This document shows, piece by piece, positions 37,888 to 48,714 of a stretch of DNA of 64,000 bases. The DNA lies in contig JAHPZA010000010.1 in NCBI GenBank assembly GCA_019058445.1, positions 480,001 to 544,000 on the forward strand, in the 5' to 3' direction. The position numbers and the translations under genes were made by a program. This stretch comes from Promethearchaeota archaeon. GTDB lineage: Archaea; Asgardarchaeota; Lokiarchaeia; Sigyniarchaeales; SOKP01. A model generated the notes under the pieces. The model made no database searches, was not told the DNA's origin, and saw only the letters and a list, made by a program, of their open reading frames with translations. Position 1 is the stretch's first letter; the number at the start of each line of letters is the position of its first letter.

Positions 37888-38547
37888 ATGTTTTTAATGA
37901 CTGAAGCATCAGGAAAAGCGCTTAGTGGTTTAAGGGATCTGACCATGTTAAAATGGTATTGGATTCCTTTAATGGTGATTGTAATGTATATCTATGCCAA
38001 TGAGATGAAGAAAGCGAGAGAATCAGGGGACTGGAATGCTATATATTCCGGATTGACCGTATTTGGACTGGATTTTTTCAATGAGACATGGAACGGATGG
38101 GTATTTGCCATTACACAACACTCTGCGTTTTGGACAACGCCAGGAGATACCGCATTTCGCGTAATGGTTGGTTGGAATATTGAAATAATCTTTATGTTTC
38201 TAATAGCAGGTATTGTTTTCTATAATATGCTAGATGAAGACAAAGATAAAAAGATGTTTGGATTACCTAATCGCTGGGCAATGGCTATCGGATTTGCTGC
38301 ATTTGCTGTGTTCATCGAATGCATATTAAACATAGGTGGTCATCTTGTGTGGGAATATCCATGGTGGAATCTTTCTATTATGGGAATATGGTTAATTTTT
38401 ATTATCGGTTATTTCTTCTTTTTTGCAGGCGCTGTTATAGTTATTAATATGGATGAAGACAAGCATAAAAAGATAGCACTAGCTATTATTTATGCAGTAC
38501 CAATCATTATGAATATTATAGCACTTGGTCTTGGTTTGCATTATTAA
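37888..38547 (+). CDS. Uncharacterised polytopic membrane protein
   Basis: About six TMs, Trp-rich; D..NE.WN and VGWNIEI conserved-looking motifs. Confidence 0.8.
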   Translation: MFLMTEASGKALSGLRDLTMLKWYWIPLMVIVMYIYANEMKKARESGDWNAIYSGLTVFGLDFFNETWNGWVFAITQHSAFWTTPGDTAFRVMVGWNIEIIFMFLIAGIVFYNMLDEDKDKKMFGLPNRWAMAIGFAAFAVFIECILNIGGHLVWEYPWWNLSIMGIWLIFIIGYFFFFAGAVIVINMDEDKHKKIALAIIYAVPIIMNIIALGLGLHY

Positions 38548-38674
38548 AATTTTATAAATATTATAAAAAAATCAGGGTGAAGGAGATATTATTCACCTTT
38601 TCTTTTTTTCTTTTTCTAATAATTTTTTTTTTGATCAACAAAATTATAAAAATAAACAGAATAAATGATTAACT

Positions 38675-39877
38675 ATGGCATTTAAAGGTCTTTTTCCGAA
38701 ATTACATCCCATTAAAGAATTGAAAAATTCTCGGTTAATGGAAATTGCTCCCGATGTTTGGGAAATAGAAGGTTATATTTCTACACAATTTTTTATAAAA
38801 CCTGCATCTAGTAATATTTTTATCTTTAAGGATAATGATGATGTCCTGTTACTAGATACTGGACTGTATCCTTATTATCGAAAAATAATTATTGATGTCC
38901 TCTCAAAATTTAAAAGCCAAGGGGCAAAAAATCTAACATTATTAGTATCCCAGGGTCATTTTGATCATGTAGCAAATAATGATGTTATATTAGAAGCTGG
39001 TTATGATAATGTGCGATTTTTACTGCCTAAAATTGAATTGGGAACAATTGATTTATTTAATCATTTTACTGGGGATTTTGAAGAACTTGAAAATTATTAT
39101 AATCCCTATTCGATGCTTCCATTGCCTGTAAAGATGGCGAGTAAGATTTCTATAAAATTCGCTCGATCATTAATAGTACGTATGACTAAAAAACTGTTTA
39201 ATGGTATTGAAACTCTGGTCGATAAAGCAGAACTTCTTTCAATGGATTCTCGAGTAACAAAAAAAATTGGAGAGGTTGAATTTATGGGATGGGATGTTGG
39301 TCGATTTTTTGCGATTCATGATGGTGCTCATAGCCCAGGTCATATTTCTTTATATGATCCTAAAAATAAACTGTTAATGACTGGTGATTCTACTATTGAG
39401 ATTAATCCCCCCTTTTTCAATAGTAGGTTAGTAAAATGTATAGAGCTCATGGAAAAGTTTCGCAAAATAGCAGAACAGGGTTATGTTAATATTGCAATTG
39501 ATTCCCATCACAGCTCTACCTATTTTAGAAAAATTTTTGATAAATTTAATATCGATCCTTTACATCCTATTCAAATTGCAGATCTAGCTCATGGTAAAGA
39601 TGAATGTGTAGCATATTTTACTATGTTTGAAAATTATTATAGAGATTTGAAAGATGAAATACTCGCAGCACTTTCAAACCTAAAAGAAGCAACAATTCCC
39701 GAATTAGTGAAGGAATTCAAGAAATCTGACAATGAAGCTGTGAAAATGAAAATAGCTATGAAATTTCCAAATTTTCCCTCTCGCTTAGATGTGCTAATTG
39801 CTGTAGTATTAGATGAACTCAAAGTGCCGTATAGAAGAAAAGGTAAAAAAGTAATATTTACATCAATTAGTTCCTAA
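38675..39877 (+). CDS. MBL-fold metallo-hydrolase
   Basis: LLDTG, QGHFDH, HSPGH, GD, SH. Confidence 0.83.
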   Translation: MAFKGLFPKLHPIKELKNSRLMEIAPDVWEIEGYISTQFFIKPASSNIFIFKDNDDVLLLDTGLYPYYRKIIIDVLSKFKSQGAKNLTLLVSQGHFDHVANNDVILEAGYDNVRFLLPKIELGTIDLFNHFTGDFEELENYYNPYSMLPLPVKMASKISIKFARSLIVRMTKKLFNGIETLVDKAELLSMDSRVTKKIGEVEFMGWDVGRFFAIHDGAHSPGHISLYDPKNKLLMTGDSTIEINPPFFNSRLVKCIELMEKFRKIAEQGYVNIAIDSHHSSTYFRKIFDKFNIDPLHPIQIADLAHGKDECVAYFTMFENYYRDLKDEILAALSNLKEATIPELVKEFKKSDNEAVKMKIAMKFPNFPSRLDVLIAVVLDELKVPYRRKGKKVIFTSISS

Positions 39878-39940
39878 AAGAGGGATTTTGGAAGTTGATT
39901 TGTGTTTTAGGATTATAAAATGTAATCTACTATTTTTTTA

Positions 39941-42268
39941 TTAATTTCTTTGTTTTACTGGGTTTAAGACATTGAAAAAATCTCGTCTTACATTCACATT
40001 TGCTTGAAATTTAACAATAATCTTATTTCCTGAAAGAGTAGTGGCTAGAAAGTTTTTATAATTACTTCCGAATCTCGAGAATGAAATTATATCACCATCT
40101 TTTAACTTTGAATCCAATCTCGAAGCATCCTTGACCCTAAGATACATCCCGGGTTTTAAATCATTTAAATCATTAATATTATGAATACTAGAAAAGGAAT
40201 AAGAACCTGAATAATTTTCTACTATATAATCATATAATTGCTTTAAGGGTTTTTTTTCTAATTTGATTATCTCCCCTTTTAAGCCTCTTTTAGCAATAAG
40301 AAGCGCTGCAATCGCATGATCTACAAATCCTTTAGATCTTACTTCACTCACTAATTCACCTTTCTGCAGATGAAACAACGCTTCTTTAGTGGTTTTAAAC
40401 TCATCAACCAAGAAAATCTCGGCAGGAGCAAAACGATTCTTAGCATTTATGTCCGATTCCTCATATTCTTTAACAGTAGATAAGTCAGTTATTACACATG
40501 AGTTATCCTCACAGGGAATATTGAAAAATTCGATAAAAAAATCAATAATGAAATCTGAACCAGGTCCATTTCCAACAAAGATCTTATTAATTAAATCTCT
40601 TTCATTTCTTAAAAAACTCGTCAATTCCATATTTAATTGTCTTTTTAGGATATTATGGCTTCGAAGATTTTCTATATTGTTTTTCAGATTTACAAACCAT
40701 AGTGAAGGTAATTCACCTTTTTCAATTAAACAAAATCCGAAATGTCGAGTCCCAGGATCAACTGCGAGAATCACGTCATTCTGTTCGAATTTAAATAGAT
40801 GAATTTCAGCTCTTCCCTCAGATACTTTCATTAAAGAATTAAAAAAATTCTCGAAGTGATCATTCTTCACCTGCAAAAAAAAAGTATCTGTTTGGGATTG
40901 AAATAGAACCTCTATATTATATTTTTCAATTAAAGGAAACACATCAGTATAATTTTCTATTTTTATTATGATGTCTTGAGAAGGAACAATTTTGAGTATT
41001 TTTACCTTCTCAATTGCTTTTGCGATTGCTTGAGCGATATCGTCTTCATTTTTCCCTGAATATATGTCTACATGGAGCCCATCTAAATGAAATGCTTCGC
41101 AAGCAGCAGTGGCGGCTAAAATATCGTAAAGTTTCGTTACCTGATTATGTTCTCTTGATACTGTTAGTGCCTTTCTACATCTTGGAACAACACGGACAGA
41201 AGCAGATTTATGAGTTCCTTTACTGACTTTGTTAATAGTTATGATTCCTTTTATTTTTGAGCCAACCACTTTAAAGTCTATCAAGTCTTCAAGCCTTTCT
41301 TTAATAAATTCAAATTGTAAATCACCTACGACTAAGAGATTTATTATATTTCGTTCAGTATAATAATCGAATGGAATAATTCGTTTTAATTTTTCAAGAA
41401 TTTCTAAAGATAGTTTAAACTTATGAGAATCATTAATCTCAATAAAAAATTCCTTCCTTGGAAGAACCTCCGCCATTATACTTTTTATTTTTGGAGATAT
41501 AAACTTTCCATGATAATATTTAGTACCTAAACTGAATTTAGGATCAATATTTAGTAATAGTTGGACTATTTCTCCTTCAGAGGCTTGTTTAAGCGGTCTT
41601 CTCTTTAAGGAATAAATGGCCTTGGTTTTTACTTCGGAAGTTAGAGTCCTTTTAGATTCTAATTCTCCTGAAAGAATTCCAACATTAATTATATTTCCAA
41701 GTCCTTTCCTATATACATAACCTAGAATGATAAATGATAAATCTTCTTCTATTTTTTTCCTATGTGTTGTATAAATTGAGATTTTGGAAATTAATTCTTC
41801 AATCCCTATATTTTCTCTGGCAGAAGTTTGAATTATTGATATCGCGCGAGCATTAAGTTTTTCCAAATCTTTTTTTATTTTATCAACGTTCGCAGTTGGT
41901 TGGTCCATTTTTGTAGCTGCAATTATGATTGGTATATTCTTTTCCTTTGCTTTTTCAAAAAGCCAGAATGTTCTTGCTTGAAAACCCTCCGTGCCAGAAA
42001 CTACTAAAACTAATAAATCAGCAAATTCAAGCCCTAATGCCGGACTGGCTTTAAAATCGGAATGTCCAGCAGTATCGAGTAGATTTAACAAAAGTTTTGA
42101 TTTTTTTATTTCGAATTGAATTACTTTTAGACTTACAGTTGTTCCATGGGCTAGTTCAAAATCAAGATTATCAGGAAATTTACCTACAATTACCTCTATC
42201 AAAGAGCTTTTTCCTGCTTGGGCATGTCCTGCAAAAAGTACATTAAGGACTCTATACTTTTGTTCCAT
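39941..42268 (-). CDS. EF-G-like translational GTPase fused to a YqgF/Tex-type RNase H domain
   Basis: G1 GHAQAGKS, G2 E..HGTT, G3 DTAGHSDF, G4 TKMD, G5 TSA; GDLQFEFIKERL (domain III-like); SEGRA (domain V-like); then ILAVDPG, VGNGPGS, LVDEFKTT, DHAIAALLIA. Confidence 0.85.
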   Translation of the reverse strand: MEQKYRVLNVLFAGHAQAGKSSLIEVIVGKFPDNLDFELAHGTTVSLKVIQFEIKKSKLLLNLLDTAGHSDFKASPALGLEFADLLVLVVSGTEGFQARTFWLFEKAKEKNIPIIIAATKMDQPTANVDKIKKDLEKLNARAISIIQTSARENIGIEELISKISIYTTHRKKIEEDLSFIILGYVYRKGLGNIINVGILSGELESKRTLTSEVKTKAIYSLKRRPLKQASEGEIVQLLLNIDPKFSLGTKYYHGKFISPKIKSIMAEVLPRKEFFIEINDSHKFKLSLEILEKLKRIIPFDYYTERNIINLLVVGDLQFEFIKERLEDLIDFKVVGSKIKGIITINKVSKGTHKSASVRVVPRCRKALTVSREHNQVTKLYDILAATAACEAFHLDGLHVDIYSGKNEDDIAQAIAKAIEKVKILKIVPSQDIIIKIENYTDVFPLIEKYNIEVLFQSQTDTFFLQVKNDHFENFFNSLMKVSEGRAEIHLFKFEQNDVILAVDPGTRHFGFCLIEKGELPSLWFVNLKNNIENLRSHNILKRQLNMELTSFLRNERDLINKIFVGNGPGSDFIIDFFIEFFNIPCEDNSCVITDLSTVKEYEESDINAKNRFAPAEIFLVDEFKTTKEALFHLQKGELVSEVRSKGFVDHAIAALLIAKRGLKGEIIKLEKKPLKQLYDYIVENYSGSYSFSSIHNINDLNDLKPGMYLRVKDASRLDSKLKDGDIISFSRFGSNYKNFLATTLSGNKIIVKFQANVNVRRDFFNVLNPVKQRN

Positions 42269-42419
42269 TTTAATTATTAAAATGAAATATGAAATCTAAA
42301 AATATGTAATAATGTAATTTTGAAATTCAATACAAAATTATAAAGACAGTCATGCAATTTAAGATATAAGGAACGCTTTTTAATAATTGACGTTAAATGG
42401 GATATTGGAGTTCTATTAA

Positions 42420-43535
42420 ATGCCACTTGAAAAAATAACTAATTTACCTAGAGCCGTAACACTCCAATTAACAGAAGCATGTAATCTCCGTTGTAGAATG
42501 TGTTATTATTGGGGTGACACAGGTTGTTATTCTAATGCTGAAGCTGGAATGAAACCAAAAACACTAGAATTTGAACTCTTGAAAAAAGTTATAGATTATT
42601 TAGCCCCTGCAAAACCTTTTTATAGTCTTTTTGGTGGAGAACCTCTGCTATATCCGGAATTAGAAGAATTAATTCTTAAGATAAAAGGTTTAGGTTCAAT
42701 TATAGACACACCGACTAACGGAACGCTGTTAACAGAATTTGCACCTATGATCGTGCGGTATGGATTTGATTCTGTGAGAGTGTCCATTGACGGACCCCGT
42801 GAAATTAATGATTCCCAAAGGGGCAAAGGAAGTTATGATAAAGCGATGGCAGGAATTGAAGCACTTTACCAAGAAAAAATAAGAACTGGAAAACGCATTC
42901 CATATATTGATATAATATATACGATAACTCCTACAAATTATCAATCAATCAAACAATTTTTTCTACAAGAACTCAATCTTTCGGCCATTGATAGAGTATC
43001 AATTCAAATGGAAAATTTTCTAACAGAGGAAATGGGGCAACAATATTCACAATTTCTTAAATCCGAATTCGGTCTCACAAGTGAGAGATATTGGAGAGGG
43101 CTATTACGTTCTCCTGAAGATTTCAAAACAATAGATGTGAATTTGTTGGCAACCCAAGTGAATTCGGTTTGTAAACGCTTAAGTGGTCTTGGAAAGACTA
43201 TTATGCTATTGCCCCCAACTTTTTCTCAAGAGAATCTTTCTGCGTATCTTAAAGCGGATTGGAAAAATATGACTGATCAATATCATAGTTGTTTAGTTCC
43301 TTGGTTTGGAGTAGATATAACGGCTAACGGAGATTTAGCTCCATGTCATGTATTTTATGATCTCGTAATGGGTAATCTGCATGAACAGACTTTTGAAGAA
43401 ATATGGAATGGAGATAATTATCAAAGATTTCGAGAATATATGCTGCAAAATAAATTTTTAAAAATTTGCCGAGGTTGCTGCATTCTTTATCTGGCAGGGA
43501 AGAAAAAAAGAAAAAGAGATCTCAAAAAGCAATGA
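42420..43535 (+). CDS. Radical SAM/SPASM protein
   Basis: CNLRCRMC, FGGEP, TNG, SIDG; CLVPW...G...PC, GN...EIWNG, C.GCC. Confidence 0.92.
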   Translation: MPLEKITNLPRAVTLQLTEACNLRCRMCYYWGDTGCYSNAEAGMKPKTLEFELLKKVIDYLAPAKPFYSLFGGEPLLYPELEELILKIKGLGSIIDTPTNGTLLTEFAPMIVRYGFDSVRVSIDGPREINDSQRGKGSYDKAMAGIEALYQEKIRTGKRIPYIDIIYTITPTNYQSIKQFFLQELNLSAIDRVSIQMENFLTEEMGQQYSQFLKSEFGLTSERYWRGLLRSPEDFKTIDVNLLATQVNSVCKRLSGLGKTIMLLPPTFSQENLSAYLKADWKNMTDQYHSCLVPWFGVDITANGDLAPCHVFYDLVMGNLHEQTFEEIWNGDNYQRFREYMLQNKFLKICRGCCILYLAGKKKRKRDLKKQ

Positions 43536-43644
43536 AAAAAACTTAAGTTAGAACCATTTTGAAATTGATTTAATCTTACTCTCATTTCTTAAAATGGTTT
43601 CATTAAAAACTAAAATTTAATATTTACAGTAAATATTTTGCATT

Positions 43645-44331
43645 ATGAAACGAGATGAAGGACTTTTTAATCACTTTTTATTTAATTGCAAGTTAGAATT
43701 AAAAAAATTGCTTAATTTCCCCCATAGAATTACTCGTAGATCTAAGATTAAGAAATATTATAAGACTCATGATGAGATAAAGATCCACTTTGGAGGGGGA
43801 AAAGATAAGTTAGAGGGATTTCTCAATACGGACATTATTGGAAAGATTCCAATTAATATCACAAAAAAATTGCCTTTCCCTTTAGAATCAGTTAATATAA
43901 TTTACTCTTGTCATGTTATAGAACACCTTTTTTATAAACATTTTAAAAATTTTTTAAAAGAATCCTTTAGGGTATTGAAAAAAGATGGAAAGCATATCAT
44001 CATGACTCCATCTTTAACACGCTTAATCAATGCCTTGTATTATGAGGAGGATTTAAAATCTCCTCTATTAAAAGGACATGAAAAATTAGCAGGTGTTGAG
44101 CTTGATCCAGCACTATTATTAAACCGTATGATGAATACTTATTATGGTCATAGATTTATTCATGATTTGGAATCAATAAATCGCGTTGCAGAAAAGATTG
44201 GATATTCTGAAATAAAAATAATTAAGATCCCAGATATCCCTGACGAAATCATAAAAAAATATGCAATTATGAGGGAGAATAAGGGCGAAAGATGGAAAAT
44301 TGAAACAGAAACATATTTACTCATTAAATAA
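43645..44331 (+). CDS. Class I SAM-dependent methyltransferase-like protein
   Basis: IHFGGG...GFLNTD, LPF...V..IYSCHVIEH, E..RVLK.DG. Confidence 0.8.
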   Translation: MKRDEGLFNHFLFNCKLELKKLLNFPHRITRRSKIKKYYKTHDEIKIHFGGGKDKLEGFLNTDIIGKIPINITKKLPFPLESVNIIYSCHVIEHLFYKHFKNFLKESFRVLKKDGKHIIMTPSLTRLINALYYEEDLKSPLLKGHEKLAGVELDPALLLNRMMNTYYGHRFIHDLESINRVAEKIGYSEIKIIKIPDIPDEIIKKYAIMRENKGERWKIETETYLLIK

Positions 44332-44341
44332 TAAAATTAGT

Positions 44342-44803
44342 TTAATAATTTCTTCTATACCCTTCTATTGATTCAAGATAATCTAAAATAGATTCTCGTA
44401 TTTCAATGGCAGGTAATATCTGATGCGACTTCCATACATAATTCATAGCATCACGCCAGCTCCATGAAGGATTTTCTTTTAATAACCACGCGACTACTAA
44501 TCCTCCACTCCGTGATATACCCATTGCACAGTGCACTAAAACCTTCCCTTTCTTTTCTTTAATATGTTTATCCATGAAAGCTAAAATATCTTTAATAAGT
44601 TCATGAGGTGGATATGTATTATCTGGAAATCCTTTATATAAGTAAGCATATCTTCGAAAAGGAGGCATATAATGTTTTTTTTCCATCAAGTTTACAATCG
44701 CAGTAATGCCTTCTTGTTCCAACTTATCAAAATTTAATCTTGGCCAATAAGCACCTATATAAAGGTTCTCAATAACTTTATATATCTCATCCATATCAGG
44801 CAT
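44342..44803 (-). CDS. Dual-specificity protein phosphatase
   Basis: NLYIG, FPD, VLVHCAMGISRS (HCx5R). Confidence 0.92.
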   Translation of the reverse strand: MPDMDEIYKVIENLYIGAYWPRLNFDKLEQEGITAIVNLMEKKHYMPPFRRYAYLYKGFPDNTYPPHELIKDILAFMDKHIKEKKGKVLVHCAMGISRSGGLVVAWLLKENPSWSWRDAMNYVWKSHQILPAIEIRESILDYLESIEGYRRNY

Positions 44804-44932
44804 TAATTAATAAAAAGAATTTTCTAAGAAAATTAAATTTTTTGAGTATTAATTTTAGTAATCATTCTTAAAGCAGATTATAAGATATGAAAATGCAAAA
44901 AAATAAAAAATTGATATTATCTATAAACTTAT

Positions 44933-45319
44933 TTATTGAATTTCACTTAAATCGCGACTAGCTATTATATTGGCACCAGAACCTAAAATATTTTCAATTA
45001 AAATGTCACCGGCTTTTATAGGAGCTTTTATCTGTTTCACAGCAATTTCTTTTACAGCTTCTTCAAGTTTATCTTTCAAAATAGGCACATCCGTTCTAAC
45101 AGGAACTAACGGCAGAAATCCATTTTGAACTCTCATGGTTGTCGTCAAAATCCTTTTTGGTTCATAATATTCTTGTTGTGCATATTCTAAACCTCTCTTG
45201 CATGTATATCCCTCAAAACTGATATCTCCACTCTCATTTTTTTTCACTTGAATTTCACAACCTGTAGGACATACGATACAACGGATCACCCGGACTACAC
45301 TTTGGCTACTTTCTTCCAT
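44933..45319 (-). CDS. DUF1667 domain metal-binding subunit
   Basis: CIVCPTGC, C.RG..YA..E...P.R.LTTT. Confidence 0.9.
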   Translation of the reverse strand: MEESSQSVVRVIRCIVCPTGCEIQVKKNESGDISFEGYTCKRGLEYAQQEYYEPKRILTTTMRVQNGFLPLVPVRTDVPILKDKLEEAVKEIAVKQIKAPIKAGDILIENILGSGANIIASRDLSEIQ

Positions 45320-45325
45320 CTTTTA

Positions 45326-46639
45326 TCAATCCTCCTCAATTAATACTTCAGGTCGAGGTATAACTTCGATTTCAATGCGTTTACAATCCTTATTTAAACC
45401 GATTTCTTCCAAATTTAGATTTAATTCGATCATTTCACTTGGTATAACATAAATTTTCTTTTTTTTATAGATAACTCCATTTTCGTCTTTAAATTGAATA
45501 AGCACTCTTCTATCAGGATATCTTACTCTAAAAGTAAATATGATCTCTTTTGCTATATCACTTTTATTTATTACATCCGGTTTGACGTAATTAACATTTT
45601 CTCCGGCAATACATTTTATTTGTCCGTTCTTTTTTGTATCATTTCCATATCTATTATTAATATAATCAATAGCATAGTTCCCCGCTCGTTTTGCTTCTGC
45701 AGTTACTAAATCAACTAAATCATGTACTTGTAGTACATTTCCGCAAGCGAAAACTCCTTCTATTGTTGTTTCCAAATTGTTATCGACAATTGGACCATTA
45801 TTAGAGGAAAGTTCTGCTCCTGCGTTGAATGTCAATTCATTTTCGGGAATTAGTCCAACAGATAACAAAAGCGTGTCACATTCTATAAATTTATCTGTAC
45901 CAATAACTCTATCAAAATTTCGGTCGACTTTTGAAATTGTGACTCCTTTTATCCTATTTGCACCGTGGATCTTTGTTACCGTATAGTTTGTAATTAGGGG
46001 AATATCATAATCTTCTAAACATTGTACTTGATTTCTTAATAAACCACTGACGTATGGCAGAATCTCAACAACTGCCTTGACTTTACAGCCCTCCCAAGTT
46101 AATCTTCGCGCCATAATCATCCCAATGTCTCCGCTTCCTAAAATCACGTATGTTTTTCCAGGCAACCACCCCTCCATATTTACAAATCTCTGGGCTTGAC
46201 CAGCAGTGTAGATCCCTGAGGGTCTAAAACCAGGTATATTGATTGCGCCTCTTGGTCTTTCACGACATCCCATTGCTAAAATTACGGCTTTTGCTTGTAT
46301 ATTAATAACTCCTTCTCGTTTATTTATAGCAATTAATGTTTTATATTGTTTCTCAGGCGTTCCCGGCTTTATTTCAATAACCATAGTATCAAGTTCATAG
46401 GGGATTTGTAATTTATGAACTTCATTGATAAATCTTTGAGCATATTCAGGACCAGTTAATTCTTCATTAAACTCTTTTAATCCAAAACCATTATGAATGC
46501 ATTGCAAAGTAATACCCCCCAATTCTCTATCTCTTTCTAATATTAATACACCTAGCCCCGCTTTTTTAACTTCAACTGCCGCTGCAAGACCTGCCGCTCC
46601 TGATCCGATTACTGCGACATCAGTTTCATATTTAATCAA
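45326..46639 (-). CDS. FAD/NAD(P)-dependent oxidoreductase (partner of the GlpA-like enzyme)
   Basis: GSGAAG, QCIHNGFG...ELTGPEY, MGCRER, GSGDIG, CDTLLLSVGLIPENEL, CGNVLQVHDLVD. Confidence 0.9.
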   Translation of the reverse strand: MIKYETDVAVIGSGAAGLAAAVEVKKAGLGVLILERDRELGGITLQCIHNGFGLKEFNEELTGPEYAQRFINEVHKLQIPYELDTMVIEIKPGTPEKQYKTLIAINKREGVINIQAKAVILAMGCRERPRGAINIPGFRPSGIYTAGQAQRFVNMEGWLPGKTYVILGSGDIGMIMARRLTWEGCKVKAVVEILPYVSGLLRNQVQCLEDYDIPLITNYTVTKIHGANRIKGVTISKVDRNFDRVIGTDKFIECDTLLLSVGLIPENELTFNAGAELSSNNGPIVDNNLETTIEGVFACGNVLQVHDLVDLVTAEAKRAGNYAIDYINNRYGNDTKKNGQIKCIAGENVNYVKPDVINKSDIAKEIIFTFRVRYPDRRVLIQFKDENGVIYKKKKIYVIPSEMIELNLNLEEIGLNKDCKRIEIEVIPRPEVLIEED

Positions 46640-48108
46640 TCTTCGACCCCTCCCTGTTCCATGTTTTTCAGGATAAAATCTTTTGTTCTTCCTACTAAGA
46701 AGTTAGTATCTTCTCCTCTTTTCGTAACCTCATCATAAGGAATATTTAATTCTCGTGAAAGTATTTCAATCACGCGTGGCCGACAAAATCCACCTTGACA
46801 TCGACCCATCCCAGGTCTACACCTAAACTTCACACCATCTACCGTTCTTGCCCCTACCGGAGAATGAATTGAGTCAATAATTTCTTTCTCAGAAACAGTC
46901 TCACAACGGCAAATGATATTACCCCACGCAGGATCGTCTTTAATTTTTTGATCAAGCTCTTCCATAGTAAAGTCATGAAACCGTTCAGGTTTAGGCCTAA
47001 AAGGATTATAAGTTTCTTTTATTTTTAATTCTTCTCCGAGCAATTCAAGAAAACTTTCGACTTTTTCGGCGATTGCAAAACAGGAAGTTAAACCAGGAGA
47101 TAAAATTCCTGCTACATTAATAAAGCCATATACATCTGTATTGTCAATAATAAAATCATAAGTATCTGGGACAGCTCTAAGACCAGCAAAATTTCTGATA
47201 GCACTCCGTTCTGGGATATTTGGAACCAAACTTCTGGCGCCTTCCAGAATTTCTTTTAATCCCGCCGTTGTAGTTGCGATATCTTTTTTATCAGTAATAT
47301 TTTGGGCATTTGGACCAACAAATGTATTTTCATGAATCGTAGGACATACTAAGATACCTTTTGAGATTTTAGTGGGAGTCGGAAATAAGATTTTATTTAG
47401 ATGAAGAACATTTCGATCGAATAAGATATATTCCCCTTTTCTGGGCATAATATCAAAATAATCAAGACCTACCATTTTAGAAATCTTCCTAGCATATATT
47501 CCAGCGGCATTTATGACATTACGCCCTTCAAATTCATCTTGTTTTGTTTTAACCGTGAAAGTGTAATCAGAATGACTTATCTTTGAGACCTTATGGTTTC
47601 TGAAGAACTTAACACCATTCATCGCGGCGTTTTCTGCCAAAGCGAAAGTCATTTCATAGGGACTTACAATTCCAGCCGAAGGCGCATGCAAAACTCCCAC
47701 AACTTCCTCTGTTAAGCTGGGTTCCATATGTAATATTTTTTTCTGATCTAAAATTATCTCTAATCCGAGAACACCATCCTCCGTTCCTTTTTTTCTATAT
47801 TCTTCCAAAGTTTTTATTTGGTTATCTTCTAAAGCAACCACAAAAGAGCCAATTCTTTTAAAAGGAAAATTTAGCTCTTCTGCTGCTTGAGTATACATTT
47901 TATTACCTTTAATGCATAAGTTTCTTTTGACATACTCTCTTTCAGCAGCATATCCCGCATGAACAACACCAGAATTCGCTTTAGTAGTTCCCGAAGCTAA
48001 GTCTGCTTCTTTTTCTAATAAACATATTTTCAGATCATATTTTGATAAAGTACGTGCGATGGTGCAGCCGCTAATTCCTCCACCAATAATTATAACGTCA
48101 TAGATCAA
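46636..48108 (-). CDS. FAD-dependent glycerol-3-phosphate dehydrogenase-like oxidoreductase with BFD-like [2Fe-2S] domain
   Basis: GGGISG, TTKANSG.VHAGY, RKGEY, FAGLRA, SPGLT, ICRCE...GMGRCQGGFC. Confidence 0.88.
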   Translation of the reverse strand: MIYDVIIIGGGISGCTIARTLSKYDLKICLLEKEADLASGTTKANSGVVHAGYAAEREYVKRNLCIKGNKMYTQAAEELNFPFKRIGSFVVALEDNQIKTLEEYRKKGTEDGVLGLEIILDQKKILHMEPSLTEEVVGVLHAPSAGIVSPYEMTFALAENAAMNGVKFFRNHKVSKISHSDYTFTVKTKQDEFEGRNVINAAGIYARKISKMVGLDYFDIMPRKGEYILFDRNVLHLNKILFPTPTKISKGILVCPTIHENTFVGPNAQNITDKKDIATTTAGLKEILEGARSLVPNIPERSAIRNFAGLRAVPDTYDFIIDNTDVYGFINVAGILSPGLTSCFAIAEKVESFLELLGEELKIKETYNPFRPKPERFHDFTMEELDQKIKDDPAWGNIICRCETVSEKEIIDSIHSPVGARTVDGVKFRCRPGMGRCQGGFCRPRVIEILSRELNIPYDEVTKRGEDTNFLVGRTKDFILKNMEQGGVED

Positions 48109-48315
48109 GTTTTTTTAACCCCCACGATGGAATTTTTCAATGATTTAATATTAAATACCACTATTTTAATTATTAAATTACAATATATCTTTAAAACTTA
48201 TTTGAAGGGAGAATGTTTTCCTATTGATAAGATTAATTTTAAAGAAATTTTTTCTCTAAAAGTTAAGAATTTATTTTATTACATTTTGGACTACGATATC
48301 TTTCCTAAAGGCAAT

Positions 48316-48600
48316 CTATGGGATGAAAAGTAGAAGTAACCAGATGAGGTTAAAAATAATTGTTATGAGGATGAGAACTTTTGTTACGGGATTAAATAAT
48401 GTATTTTTTAAGGATTTATTAATTCTCATTTCAAGATCACCATTTAATAAATTCTCTACAGAGCTGAAATTACTCACTAATTCTTTATTCATGTGGATAG
48501 AGCCTAAAAATCTTGGTTTTGATAAATTATTTATAGAATTGGCGAGTGCATCTGAAGTGAAAAGACCGTTAGGTCTCTTTTTCTTATCAGTTTCTTTCAT
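48316..48600 (-). CDS. Small protein with C-terminal TM helix
   Basis: ORF ending in a hydrophobic segment; same strand as its neighbours. Confidence 0.55.
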   Translation of the reverse strand: MKETDKKKRPNGLFTSDALANSINNLSKPRFLGSIHMNKELVSNFSSVENLLNGDLEMRINKSLKNTLFNPVTKVLILITIIFNLIWLLLLFIP

Positions 48601-48714
48601 TTTAACTTTTTAAATTTTCTGTATATTCAAGAGAAAGTAATTCTTTTCTTCTTAAATTATTTACGATTGTGAAATATAAAAAACCATAAATCGGGTAAAA
48701 CAGTTAATATTAAT

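Noticed and set aside
39941-42268. Calling the GTPase EF-2, SelB or IF2
   Set aside because: Domains are much shorter, there is no diphthamide-loop or SelB/IF2 signature, and it has an extra RNase H-like domain.
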